Shown here piece after piece: positions 48,204-62,300 of a stretch of DNA of 64,000 nt. The notes beneath the pieces are model-generated. The model ran no database searches. It was not told the DNA's origin and was given only the letters and a program-made list of their open reading frames with translations. Numbering within the stretch: the first letter of the stretch is position 1; the number at the start of each line of letters is the position of its first letter. A program made the position numbers and the translations under genes. Origin of the DNA: Kofleriaceae bacterium (GTDB lineage: Bacteria > Myxococcota_A > Polyangia > Haliangiales > Haliangiaceae); the NCBI GenBank assembly GCA_046597055.1, contig JBKJLC010000278.1, forward strand, positions 1 to 64,000, read 5' to 3'.

Positions 48204-49850
48204 ATGCGCGTGATCGTCGCGGGCGCGGTCGCCGCTGCCGTCGCTCTGGGGCTGACCGTCATCGGAGCCGCGCCGACCCGCGCCGACACCGACACCGACG
48301 CGGCCGAGCGGACCAACGACAAGGTGGTCATCGATCGGGTCGACGTGCGGCCGTCGATCTTGCCCGGCCTGGTGCGGGTCCGCGTGCTGGTGTCGGCGAC
48401 CGAGCGCCGCGGCCAGCGCATGCCGACCGCCGGTGCCCGGCTGGTGGTCACGGTCCCGGGCACACAGCCGGTGTTCGTCACCGGCTACTTCGCGACCGCC
48501 GACGTCGAGCTGGCGCTGGTCGTGCTGGTGCCGACCACGCTCGAGTTCGAGCCCGAGCTCGAGATGATCAAGGGCTACCTCGACACGGACCTGCTCGCGA
48601 AACTGAAGTCCCTGGGCCCGCGGCTACGCGTCCAGATCATCGGCTATGGTGGCAACTTCAGCGGGTCCAAGGGGCTGGTCACCCTCGAGGCCGCGCGCAA
48701 GGCGCTCGGCAGCCTGTCCGGTGACGGCAGCGGCGATCCGCCCGACCTGGTCGAGTCGCTCAAGCGGGCGTTCAAGTCGGCCACCGCCGGACTGCGCGCG
48801 CCCAAGAACAAGGGCGCCCTGAGTCGGGCCGCGATCGTGGTGGTGTCGAGCGGCGTGACGATCACGGCCGAGAACGAGGACCTGAAGGACGCACTCACCA
48901 AGCTCGGCGACGCCGCCGACAAGGCCAACGTGCGGATCCACACCATCGGCTACGCCCCGGTCGCGAACGACGGCGATCTCCGACCGCGCCGTCCCTTGCT
49001 CGCCCTCGGCGAGCTCTCGCTGAAGTCGCGTGGGGTGTTTCGCTGGATCCAGATCGCGTCCGGCTGGAAGGACGCGCTCGGGCCGCTCGCCGAGCAGATC
49101 GCGCTGCAATACGTCGTCACGTTCTTCGCCCCAGAGGAGGAGGTGTCCGGCAAGCGGCTGGTGGTCGGTGTGCCGGTCGGCGCGACGGCGACACTCGTCG
49201 ACTCGGCGCCGGTCGTGATCGGCAAGGCGAGGTGCGGCCGGGACGTCTGTGAGGGCAACGCGTACTGCGTGAAAGACGAGTGCGTGCAGCGCCGGCTGCA
49301 GAGCGGGCGCGGCGCGCTGGCGTGGGTGCTGCTGGTCGGCGGCGTCGGTGCCGGCGCCCTGGTCGTGGTGCTCGGCGTGATCGCGCTGATCGGACGGCTG
49401 CGTCGGCCGTCGGGGCCGCGGCCGATGCCGACCGGGGGCCATCCGCCCGGCTACCCTGGCGGGCCCGGTCCGCACGGGACGTTCACCGGCGCGCCCGGGA
49501 CGTTCACCGGCGTGGCCGGCGGATATCCGGCCGCGCCGCCGGTGGCCGCAGCCCCGGTCGGCGGCCCGCAGTTGATCATCTTGACCGGCCCGGCGGCGGG
49601 GACCCGGATGCCGCTGCGGCCCGGCTTCCTGATCGGCAAGGCGCCTGGCAGCGACCTCGACCTGTCGCACGACGGCTTCGCGTCGACCAACCATGCCCAC
49701 ATCGGCTACCAGGCCGGCGCGTGGACGGTCCATGATCGAGGCTCGACCAACGGCACGTTCTCCAACGGGGTGCGGATCACCGAGACCCGCCTTGACCACG
49801 GCATGACGATCCGATTCGGCTCGACCGACGTCCGGTTCATCCAGGAGTAG
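48204..49850 (+). CDS. Membrane protein: signal peptide, degenerate VWA-like domain, Cys-rich module, TM, cytoplasmic FHA domain
   Basis: VRIHTIGY, LGELSLKSRG, CGRDVC...C...C, TM, FHA (IGK...ASTNHA...DRGSTNGTFSNG...IRFG). Confidence 0.85.
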   Translation: MRVIVAGAVAAAVALGLTVIGAAPTRADTDTDAAERTNDKVVIDRVDVRPSILPGLVRVRVLVSATERRGQRMPTAGARLVVTVPGTQPVFVTGYFATADVELALVVLVPTTLEFEPELEMIKGYLDTDLLAKLKSLGPRLRVQIIGYGGNFSGSKGLVTLEAARKALGSLSGDGSGDPPDLVESLKRAFKSATAGLRAPKNKGALSRAAIVVVSSGVTITAENEDLKDALTKLGDAADKANVRIHTIGYAPVANDGDLRPRRPLLALGELSLKSRGVFRWIQIASGWKDALGPLAEQIALQYVVTFFAPEEEVSGKRLVVGVPVGATATLVDSAPVVIGKARCGRDVCEGNAYCVKDECVQRRLQSGRGALAWVLLVGGVGAGALVVVLGVIALIGRLRRPSGPRPMPTGGHPPGYPGGPGPHGTFTGAPGTFTGVAGGYPAAPPVAAAPVGGPQLIILTGPAAGTRMPLRPGFLIGKAPGSDLDLSHDGFASTNHAHIGYQAGAWTVHDRGSTNGTFSNGVRITETRLDHGMTIRFGSTDVRFIQE

Positions 49851-49855
49851 GAAGC

Positions 49856-51948
<2,093 letters not shown>

Positions 51949-51952
<4 letters not shown>

Positions 51953-52134
51953 CGACCAGGAAGCCCGTGACCGCAGCCACCACGGCGCGGGGCCGGGGGC
52001 CGAGCCGTCGACGGTTGATCGGCGGCGCGCTCGCGGGCGCGCTGGCGGCGGTGCTGCTGCCCGCCGATACGCTGCGGGGGCGGCCGGAGCCGGATCGGTG
52101 GAAAGGCAAGACCCGCTGGATCGGTCACTGCTGA
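51949..52134 (+). CDS. 61-aa twin-arginine signal micro-peptide ending WIGHC
   Basis: GTG overlaps the amidase TGA (GTGA). Translation: MTTRKPVTAATTARGRGPSRRRLIGGALAGALAAVLLPADTLRGRPEPDRWKGKTRWIGHC. Confidence 0.65.
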
Positions 52135-52235
52135 GGCGCGCCGCCGGACGAGCGTGAGCGGTTGTCGGGTCGCGACCGGCGATCGCCGGCGCCGGCTTTT
52201 TGTCCCCGCCGGCGCGGCGGTGTATCGTCCCCGCC

Positions 52236-53195
52236 ATGGTTCGTACCGGCCTCGTGGCTGCTGTCCTGCTCCTGCCCGTGCCCGCGCTCGCTCAGACGGC
52301 CCCGACCCCTCCGCCCGACGGCGGCGCCGGTAGCGAGGTCGAGCTGGTCGAGGATCCACCGGCGGCCCCGGGCGCCGATGGCGAGACCGGCGCCGACGAG
52401 AACCCCGACGCGCCCCGGCTCGGCGACGAGCCGGTCGAGACCGGCCCCCAGGCGCCGCGCGCCAAGCAGACCGGGTACCCGATCAGCGAGGTGCTCCGCC
52501 CGATCACCCTGCCCGACTTCACGTCGGAGACCAGGCTCGACGTCCGGGTGTTCCCCTCGGACTTCGACGCCGAGATCGGGCTGCGCGCCCGCTACGGCAT
52601 CACCCGGCAGGCCCAGGTCGGCGTGCGCTACGCCATCGGCGGCTTCTACGACGATCCGGGCAGCGCCGAGGACAAGCTCACGTTCAACACCGGCAAGTCG
52701 GTCGGCGTCGACTTCCAGTACCTGGTCAAGGACTGGGTCGCCCCGCGGGTCTCGATCCCGATGTACGTCGACCCGTTCGCGATCGGCATGACGCTGGGCG
52801 CAGCCCTGAAGTTCCGCATCGGCGACAAGCTCGCGCTGGTCGGGTTCGAGGACGTGATCGGCTTCAAGCTGACCGACAAGTTCTTGCCTGACCTGGAGAA
52901 CGAGCGGCGCAACGAGTTCGCGGCGCGCAGCCTCGTCACCGGGACCATCAACTCGGACGGCTACCTGCGGTTCGACTTCGGCGCGGTCTACCAGGCCAGC
53001 GACGACCTCGCGATCACCGGTCGGTTCGGCACCACCTTCGACGACTTCACCGACAACGACACCGCGACCTCGCTCCGGGTCCAGGCGCAGTTCACGCCGC
53101 GGCCGCGGGTCGACGTGATCGGGCTGATCGGGTTCGAGGCGCTCGACGAGTCGAGCACCTTGAACATCGGCGGCGCGGTCCAGGTCCGGATCTGA
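52236..53195 (+). CDS. Putative outer-membrane beta-barrel protein
   Basis: Signal peptide ALA-Q, acidic Pro-rich linker, YP...RPITLP, then alternating amphipathic strands. Confidence 0.8.
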   Translation: MVRTGLVAAVLLLPVPALAQTAPTPPPDGGAGSEVELVEDPPAAPGADGETGADENPDAPRLGDEPVETGPQAPRAKQTGYPISEVLRPITLPDFTSETRLDVRVFPSDFDAEIGLRARYGITRQAQVGVRYAIGGFYDDPGSAEDKLTFNTGKSVGVDFQYLVKDWVAPRVSIPMYVDPFAIGMTLGAALKFRIGDKLALVGFEDVIGFKLTDKFLPDLENERRNEFAARSLVTGTINSDGYLRFDFGAVYQASDDLAITGRFGTTFDDFTDNDTATSLRVQAQFTPRPRVDVIGLIGFEALDESSTLNIGGAVQVRI

Positions 53196-53338
53196 CAGCC
53201 GAGCACGAGCGCCGGTGGCCCTGAGCCACGGCTCGCGCAGCGCGCCCGCGGTCGAACGAGATGGGCGGGCTCGCGGCGAGCACTTCGCCCGGGGAAACCG
53301 GAACGAGCTGGGTGGGCGCCTGCGGCGTGCGCGGACGG

Positions 53339-56300
53339 TCAGCCGAGCCGGGCGAGCGCGTCCTTGAGGGCGGCGTTGCCCGGCTCGATCTCGAGGCCGC
53401 GCTGGAACATGCCCTTGGCCTTGGGCGCCTCACCCAGCTCGACGTGGATGACGCCGAGGGCGAGATAGACGCCGGCCTTGGTGATGCCGGCGTCGACGTC
53501 GACGTTCTGCAGGACCAGCGCGCGGTAGACGCGGCGGGCCTTCTCCCAGTCGCGCGCGGTCATGTAGAGGCGGCCGAGGCCGGCCATGGTCGACACGTCG
53601 GTCGGGTTGACCCGGAACGCCTCCTCGTAGGCAGCCAGCGCGCCGGCAGCGTCGCCGCGCGCCTCGAGGATGCCGCCCTGGCGCTGCCGGTAGCGGGCGA
53701 CGTCCTTCATGCGCCGGGCCGCCTTGGCCTCATCGGCGAGCTTGTCGTAGATCGGCGCGGCCCGATCGTGCTGGCCGGTGGCGAAGTACAGGTCGGCGAG
53801 CGGGGCCAGCACCCGCACGTCGGTCGGCGCCGCCGCCGCGACTCGCTCGAGCACCGGCAGCGCCGCCGCCGGGTCGCCCAGGCGGCGGTGGACGTCGGCC
53901 AGCTCGAGCGCGAGCGGCAGCGCATCGGCGGTGGCGCCAGCCGCCGCGAGGCGGCGGCCGAGCATGTCGGCGACCGTGGTCCAGTCGCCCTGATCGCGCG
54001 CGACCCGCTCGACCGCGGCGATCGCCGGGCCGTGGGTCGAATCGTGGACCAGGGCCTGCCGGAAGTGCGCAAGCGCGGTGTCGCGATCGCCCTGCGCCTT
54101 GTCCGCGACCTCGCCGAGGCGGAAGAACAGATCGGCCGCGTCGGTACCACGGGGCCCCAAGGCCAGCGCGCGCTGCAAGATCTCGCCGCACTTGTCCCAG
54201 TCGGCCGCCCGCTCGTAGATGCGGGCCAGCCGGGTCAGCGCGGCGACCGAGCCGGGCTCGCGCCGCAGGATCTTCTCGAGGATCTCGCCGGCGGCATCGG
54301 GGTTGTCGAGGCGGCCCTCCCAGATGTCGGCCGCGCGGGCCAGCGCCTGGATCTCGGCCGGGCTGTCGTCCTGGCTGCCGTGGAGCTCGGCGCGCCGCTC
54401 GAGCAGCTCGACCACGTCGTGCCAGCGCTCGGCCTTGCCGAGCAGCCGCTCGAGCTCGCCGTAGGCGGTGAGCTGGGCGTTCTCGAGGTCGAGCACCGCG
54501 TACCAGTGGCCGATCGCGTCGTCGATCGCACCGCGCTCGCGCTCGGCGATCCGGGCCATGGTGCCGAGCACCGCGACCTTCTCGGCCGAGCTGCGGGCGA
54601 GATCGAGGCGGCGGGTCAGGACATCGTGCACCGCCATCCAGTCGCCGGCCCGGGTGTGGACGTCCTCGAGCGCGGCCAGCGCGCCGCCATCGGTGGGATC
54701 GAGGTCGAGCACGCCCTGCCAGGCGCTGGCGGCGGCGGCGACGTCGCCGAGCTCGCCCTCGAGGTGGGCGATCCGGACGCGCAGCTGCTTCTCTTCGCCG
54801 GGGTCGCCGGCGATCCGGGCATGACGGCCGAGCGTGGTCACCAGCGCGCGGCGGTCGCCACGACGCTCGTGGATCGCGGCCAGCCGGGTCAGCGGCGCCC
54901 GATCGTCGTCGGCAATGTCGATGACCGCGTCCCAGGCCAGGATCGCGGCGTCGAGGTCGCCCAGCCGCTCGCGCAGATCGGCGACCTCGGCCCACAGCGC
55001 CTGCTTGCGCGGTGGATCGAAGGCGAGGTCAGCGCGGCGGGCCTGGATCTGGGCCAGGCTGGGCAGATCGCCCCGCGAGCGATGGATGCGCTCGAGCGCC
55101 TCGAGCGCGGGGGCGTGCTCGTCGTCGAGCGCGAGCGCGGCCACGAAGCTGGCGGCGGCGCCGTCGGCATCGCCGAGGCGGTCGAGCTGCACGGTGCCGA
55201 GGTACATCCACAGCGGCAGTGCCTGATCCTCGTGCGCCGACGCGATGCCGTGGACCCGGGCCGCGACCTCGGTCCAGCGGCCCTGCTGGGCGGCGAGCCG
55301 GTCGAGCTCGCCGAGCGCCTCGCCCGAGGCCGGGTCCTCGGCCAGCCAACCGCCGGCCGCGTCGAGCGCGCGCACGCCGTCGCCCAGCCGGCCCTCGGCC
55401 AGCTGCGCGATGCGCTGGTAGATCGACGCTCGCTCGCTGTGCTCGTCGGTGACCGCCAGCTTGGCGGCGAGCAGGTCGGTCAGCCGGCCCCATTCACCCT
55501 CGCTCTCGTAGAGCGGCTCGAGGGTGTCGATGATCTGCGCGCGCTCGGTGTCGGCTCCGAGCAGGCGCTCGAGCGAGGCCCGGGCGGCGCCGTGCCGGCT
55601 CTGCCGCTCGACCACGCTCTGGTAAGCGTCGACCGCGCCGTGGAGATCCTTCAGCTGGCTCTCGCGCACGTCGCCGAGCCGGAACAGGAGCTCGGCGGCC
55701 TGGGCGTCGCCCTCGGCGACGTCGGCCTCGCGCAGCAGCACCTCGGCCAGCTCGCCCCAGCGGCCGAGCCGCCACAGGACGCGGTCGAGCGCGAGGAGCG
55801 CGCCGTGTTCGTCGACGTGGGTATCGGCGGCGCGGCGGTACGCGATCGCGGCCCGCTCGAAGTCGGCGAGCGCGTCCTCGTAGAGGCGGCCGAGCCGCAT
55901 CGCATAGACGTGCTCGAGCTCGCCGCCCAGCCCGCTCTGCAGCCGGCTCTCGAGCAGCGCGGCCAGCTCCGGCCACGCGCCGCGGGCCTGGGCCAGGCGC
56001 TCGAGCGGGGCCAACAGCGCGATCTCGCCGGGCTCCTCGGTCAGCGCGCGCGCCCAGGTCTGACTGGCCGCGGGCAGGTCGCCGCGCAAGGTCTCGTGGA
56101 TGTCGGCCAGGGTCGACCACAGGACGCGCCGGCCGTCGCCGACGTCGTCGAGCGAGGCCCGGCTGTCGAGCCGCCGCTCGGTGACCTTGACCAGCGCATC
56201 GTGGTCGCCGACCGCGCGGAAGTGCCGCTCGAGCAGCGGCGCCGCGGCCTCGAGGTGCTCGTCCTTCGCCACCAGCGCGTCGAGCGCGGCGCGGGCGCCG

Positions 56301-59300
56301 GCGTGCGACGGCAGGATCTGCAGCACCGCCCCGTAGCGCGGCACCGCGGCCTCGGGCTCGGCCAGCTCGTGCTCGGTCAGTCGTGCCGCCCGGAACGCCA
56401 GCTCGGCGCGCTCGGCGGCGGCGGTCGCGAGCAGGGCCCGGCGATCGAGCACGTCGAGCAGCTCCGGCCACATCCGGGTGGTGCCGTACAGCCGATCGAG
56501 CTCGGCCAGCGCGACCGGATCGCCGACGTCGCTGGCGAGCACCGCCTGCAGGTGGTTGATCGCCTCGTAGCTGTCGCCGAGGTCCTGCTCGGACACGGTC
56601 GCCAGCGCCAGTCGCAGCTCGCGGTGGGTGCCGGGATCGCGGGCCAGCTCGAGCTTGCGCTCGAGGATCTGGGCCAGCTCGCGCGGCTCGCGCAGCTGCC
56701 GGTACAGGCGCTCGAGCGCGTCGAGCGACGACTCGTCGGTGTCGTCGACGCCGAGCACATTCTTGTAGGCGGCGACCGCCTCGCGCGGGCGCTCGAGGAC
56801 CTCCTCGTACAGCGACGCGACCCGGTGCAAGAGCACCAGGCGCACGCCGGCGTCGATCGCGAGCTCGGCCCGCTGCTCGACCACCGCGACCAGCTCCTCG
56901 GCGCGGTCCTCGATCGCCAGCAGGCGATCGAGCGACGACAGCGCGACCAGATCGTCGGCGCCGATCACCAGCACCTTGCGCCAGGCCACGATCGCGGCCG
57001 GGTTGTCCTGGCGCTGGGTCTCGTGGATCTCGGCGACCCGCGACAGGGCCGTCATCGCAGCCTCGGGCTCGAGCGTGGCGGCGGCGCCTGCTTCGAAGGT
57101 GGCGACCAGCTCGTCCCAGGCGCGGAGCCGCGCGCCGAGCGCGTACAGGCGGTCGAACACGTCGCGCCGGGTCGGCTCGAGCTGCCAGGCCCGGGCCAGG
57201 GCGTCCAGCGCGAGGTGCGGATCGCCGCCGCGGGTGTCGTGCAGCGTGGCGATCTCGAGGAGCGTCGCGACCTTGGCGTGCGGATCGTCGACGTAGGCGA
57301 GCTTGGCCCCGAGGATCACGATCAGCTTGTGCCACCAGTCTCGGGCCCGGTAGATCGGCTCGAGCAGGTCGGCGATGCGCTCGCGATGCTCGTCGCCGGC
57401 GACCAGGCGCTCGAGCGGCGGCAGCGCGTCGTCGGGGTGCCCGCTGTTCAGCACCTCCTCGTACTGGTCGACCGCGCCGACCGCGTCCTTGAGGTGCGCC
57501 TCGAGGATCTGGGCCAGCGCCAGCCGGTGCTCGACCTGGGTGCCTTCGTCGGGGGTCCGCGCGATCCGCTCGCCCAGCAGCTCGGCGAGATCGTACCAGC
57601 GCCCGCCCGACCGGTAGAGTCGGTCGAGCTCCTCGGCGGCGGCGTCGTGATCGGCGGCGGCGGCGATCTCGCCCGACAGATCCAGGACCGCGCGCCACGA
57701 CGCGATCGCGCCGTCGGCGTCGCCCTGGCGGTGCTCGAGCACCATCGCCTTGCGGCCGTGCAGGTCGCGGCGGCGGGCGTCGTCGTCAGCGGCGTTGATC
57801 GCGTCGTCGTAGACCTCGACCACCGCGCGCCACTGCTCGTGGCGCTTGAGCAGCGCCTCGAGCCGGGCGAACAGCCCACGGTCCTCGCGGTCGTCGCCGG
57901 GGGCGGCCAGCGCGCGCCGGTAGGCCTTGGCGCCGGGCTCCCAGGCGTCGAGCCGGCGGTCGTAGACGGTCGCGGCCGCGATCGCGACCTCGCGCAGGTG
58001 CGGCGCGTCGCCCGGCTCGTCGTCGAGCAAGCCCTGGTAGACCCGGACCAGGCCGGGCCAGTCGTCGAGGATCTGGGCGAGCCGGTGCAGCTGGTCGCGC
58101 ACCGCCGGCTCGGTCGGCATCTCGCGGAACACCCGCCCGTACCAGTGGAAGGCGCCCTCGAGGTCCTCGAGTTGCTCCTCGTACAGGCGCGCGATCTGCC
58201 GGGTCAACCCCAGCCGGTCGGCCGGCTCGCTCGAGCCGTCGAGCTGGGCCTGGTAGATCCGGGCCAACCGCGGCCAGTCCTGGCGCGCGATGTAGATCGG
58301 CTCGAGCACGTCGGCGGCCTCGCCGCGGACGCTGGGCTCGCCGACCAGCCGCTCGAGCGCGGCCAGCGCGGCCGGGTTGCTGGGGTCACCGCCGAGCGCG
58401 GCGGCGTAGCTCTCGACCGCGGTCGACAGGTCGGTGAGCTCGACCTCGTGGACCTGGGCCAGCTTGATGCGCAGCGCGACCGCCTCGTCGATGGTGACGA
58501 CGAAGCCCATCCGACGCTCGTACAGCTCGACCACGTCGGGCCAGCGGCGCTCGGCCTTGTACAGGCGCTCGAGCGCGGCGACCGCGGCGGCGCGCGCCGG
58601 ATCGATCTCGAGGACCTGCTCCCAGGCCGCGATCGCGTCGTCGGCGCGGCGCAGCGGCCCGCCGGCGAGGTCGGCCATCTCGGCCAGGGCCCCGACCTTC
58701 TCGGTCAGGTCGGTCGACCGCTCCGCCTTCTGCGCCAGCACGTCGTACAGCGCAGGCGCATCGCCGGCGGACCGGTAGATGCCCTCGAGCGCGCCCAGCG
58801 CGCGGCGATCCCCGGGATCAGCGTCGAGCACCTTGCGGTAGTAGGTGCGGGCGAGGTCGACGTCGTCGCGGACCGCGCGCGCGAGATCCGCGATGTCGAG
58901 GAACAGCCGGCGCTGCAGGTCGGCCGACAGCACGTCGTCGGCGATCCGCCGGTAGATGTCGATCAGATCGCCTTCGCGTGCGAGATCGGCGGCGAGCCGG
59001 TCGACCTCGGCGAGCACCTCGGGCAGCTCGGGCTCGGCGACCGCGACCGACAGGGCCGCGACCGTCGCGTCGAACGCGCCGGTCTGATCGGTGAGGCGGC
59101 GCTCGCGCAGCCGAGCCACCCGCAACAGCAGCAGCATCCGCTCGCGCGGGTCGCGCTCGCGCACCGCGGTCGCGACCAGCAGCTCGGTCAGGGCCTGGTC
59201 CTGGCCGGTCGACTCGTATAGCGGCTCGAGGATCGCGGTGGCGCGGGCCGCCAGCTCGGGGTCCTCGAGGCCGGCCCGGACCGCGGCGAGCGCGCCCGGG

Positions 59301-62300
59301 TGCGCGGGCTCGCGCTCGAGCACCTCGGCCCAGCGGTCGAGCGCCTGGCCGGGCTGGCGCAGCGGGCCCGCCAGCAGCTGGGCGAGCTCGTGACGGCGCG
59401 CGGTCGCGTCGGCCCGATCGGGGCCGGCGTCGGCGATCGCGAGCCGGCGCTCGAGCACCTCGAGCAGATCGCCGTGGCGGTCCTGCTCGCGGTACAGGCG
59501 GGCCAGCTCGGCCATCGCGATGGTGTCGTCGGGCGCGAGGTCGAGGATCTCGAGGTTGGCGCCGACCGCACCGGTCGGCTCCTCGAGCATGATCTCGCGC
59601 AGCTCGCCGAGCCGGCGCAGCAGCTCGATCTTGGCGGGCACCGCGGGCGCGAGCTCGACCTGCCGGCGCAGGACCTCGGCCAGCTCGGGCCAGCGCTCGC
59701 CGGCCAGGTACAGCCGCTCGAGCGCGATCAGGGCGTCGGTGTCGTCGGGATCTTCGCCGAGCACGTCGCGCCAGGTCGCGGCCGCGCGGACGCGGTCGTT
59801 CAGGCGGGTCTCGTCGAGCATGGCGACCCGGGCCAGCAGCCGCTTGCGGTCGGCCGGGGCCCCCGCGGTGTCGGCCTGGCGGCGCAGCACGTCGCGCAGG
59901 TCGGCCCAGCGCTCCTCCTCCTCGAACAGGCGGGCCAGCGCGTCGAGCGCGGGCCCGGCGACGTCGGGATCGGCGGGATCGACCTGGTACAGGCGCTGGT
60001 ACGCGGCGATCGCGCGCTCGGTGTCGCCGAGCGACACGTCGGCGATCACGGCCAGCTGCCGCAGCAGCGGCACCGCGATCGCGGGCTCGCGGGCGGCGCT
60101 GGTCGCGGCCTTGTCGAACGCGCGGGCGGCATCGGGCCAGCGATCGTGGCTGGCGGCCAGCCGGGGCACCGCGGCGCGGGCGCGCTCGTCGGACGGATCG
60201 GCGTCGAGCGCCGACACCCAGGTGTCGAACGCCTGGCGGCCACTGTCGAGGTGGGTCTCCTCGAGCTCGGCGATGCGCGCGAGCAGATCGACCGCCTCGG
60301 CCGGCGTGGCCGCGGCCTCGCGCTGCGCGCGCAGCACCCCGCACAGGTCCTTCCACAGCCGGTCGCGCGCGTACAGCGGCTCGAGCAGGCGGGCGACCCG
60401 CTGCCGCAGCGGCGGCGCCGCCAGCAGCTCCTCGAGCAGCTCGCGGCCATCGGCGTGCCCGGGTTGACGGGTGACCACCGCCTCGAGCAGCTCGACCGCG
60501 CCGGCCGGATCGTCGAGGTGGCGCAGGTGCAGCTCGGCGCGCCGGTACAGCAAGCCGACCTGCTCGCCGGCGCCGACGTGCTCGCTCTCGCGGTCCCAGA
60601 TGTCGTCGAGCTGCTTCCAGCTCTTGCCGTCGGCATACAGCCGCGCGAGCGCGCGGTACGCCATCAGATCGGCCGGATCGACGTCGAGCACCCGGCGGTA
60701 GTCGTCGACGGCGCGGCCGGGATCGCCCAGCACGTCCTCGTCGATGCCGGCCAGCTCGAGCAGCGCCGCCTTGCGGACCGCGGGGCTGGTGGTCACGGTG
60801 ATGCGCCGCTCGAGCAGCCCGCGCAGATCGTTCCAGCGCGACGCGCTCCGGTACAGCGTGGCCAGCTCGTCGAACGCCTCGCTGTCGTCGGACGCAGCCT
60901 CGAGCACCGCGATCCACGCGTGCTCGGCGCCAGCGCGGTCGTCGAGCGGCCCGGCGTGCAGGTGGGCGAGCTCGGCGGCCAGCCCGCGCAGCTCGGTCGC
61001 CGGGGCCGCGGCCAGCCGGCGCCGCTCGAGCACCTGGCCCAGCCGGGTCGCCAGATCCTTGGGCCGGTCCAGCTCGTCGGCGAGCGCGACCGAGGCCGCG
61101 CGCGCGTCGGTGTCGGCGGGATCGCCGTCGAGCACCCGACCGGCCGCGTCCCAGGCCCGCTCGGGCTGGCCGAGGCCGTGATAGAGGTTGATCAGCTGGC
61201 GATCCAGCTCGAGCGCGAGCGGGCTGCCCGGCGCCTCGCCGCCGACGATCACCTCGTAGCAGCGGGCGAGCACCGCCGGCTCGCCGACCCGCTCGAGGTG
61301 GGGCCGCAGCGCGCGCGCGACCTCGCGCCGACGGGCCGGATCGATCGCGACGCCGAGCGCGCGGCGCTCGTCGAGATAGCGCGCGTTGGCCTCGATCACG
61401 GCGGCCGGCGCCGGCACCGGGGCAGCGGCCAGCGCGGCCAGGTAATGGCCGAGCGCGGGCACCGGGCGATCGAGGCTCTTCTCCTCGAGCGCGCCGAGCC
61501 GCATGAGCAGCGGCGGCCGCGCCGCGGGCGCGGCCTGGGCCAGCTGGGCGGCGAGCACCGTGTCGAGCGCGTCCCAGTCGCCGCGGGCCTCGTGCAGGCG
61601 GACCAGCGCGGCCAGCGCCGGGGCGTCGCCGGCGTTCTCCTCGAGGATCCGGTGCCAGGTCACCGCGGCGGCGTCGAGGTCGGCCAGCCGCACCTCCTCG
61701 AGCGCGGCGATCGCCGCGTGGAGCTCGCGCCGGGCTGGACCGCGCTCGGCGGCGTCGGCGCGGCGCCGGTACGAGGCCAGCAGCGCCGGCCAGTCCGACA
61801 GCCGCTCCGACAGCTCCTCGTAGGCGCGCGCCGCGTCGGCGTCGCCGGGGGTCAGCGCCAGGATGCGCGCGTGATCCTCGCGGGCGGCCTCGGGGTCGGC
61901 CAGCCGGGTGCCATGGATCTCGGACAGCGTGCGCCACAGGCGCAGCCGGGTGTCGGGCGGCAGGTTGCCGTCGTCGGCATGCCGGCGCAGCACCGCCGCC
62001 ACCTCGCGCCAGTGCTCGGGCTGGTGGGCCAGCCGCACGAGATCCGCGAGCAGGCCGCGGTCGTCGGGCGCCAGGTCGAACGCACGCGTGGTCCAGGTCA
62101 GGGCCAGGGCCTTGGACCCGAGCCGGTGCTCGCACAGTGTCCGGATCTCGGACATCCGGGCCAGCTGGTCGGCCGGGGTCGCCGCGTGGGCGAGCAGGAC
62201 CTCGAGCACCGGCAGCAGCTTCGACCACTTCTCGGTCCGCTGGTACACCGGCGCCAGCGCGCGGGCGGCGGCGAGATCGGTCGGCTCGACCGCGAGCACG

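Noticed and set aside
53261..59221. 1986-aa plus-strand ORF
   Set aside because: Antisense shadow of the TPR gene. High GC3 removes stops on the opposite strand, and it has no motifs.
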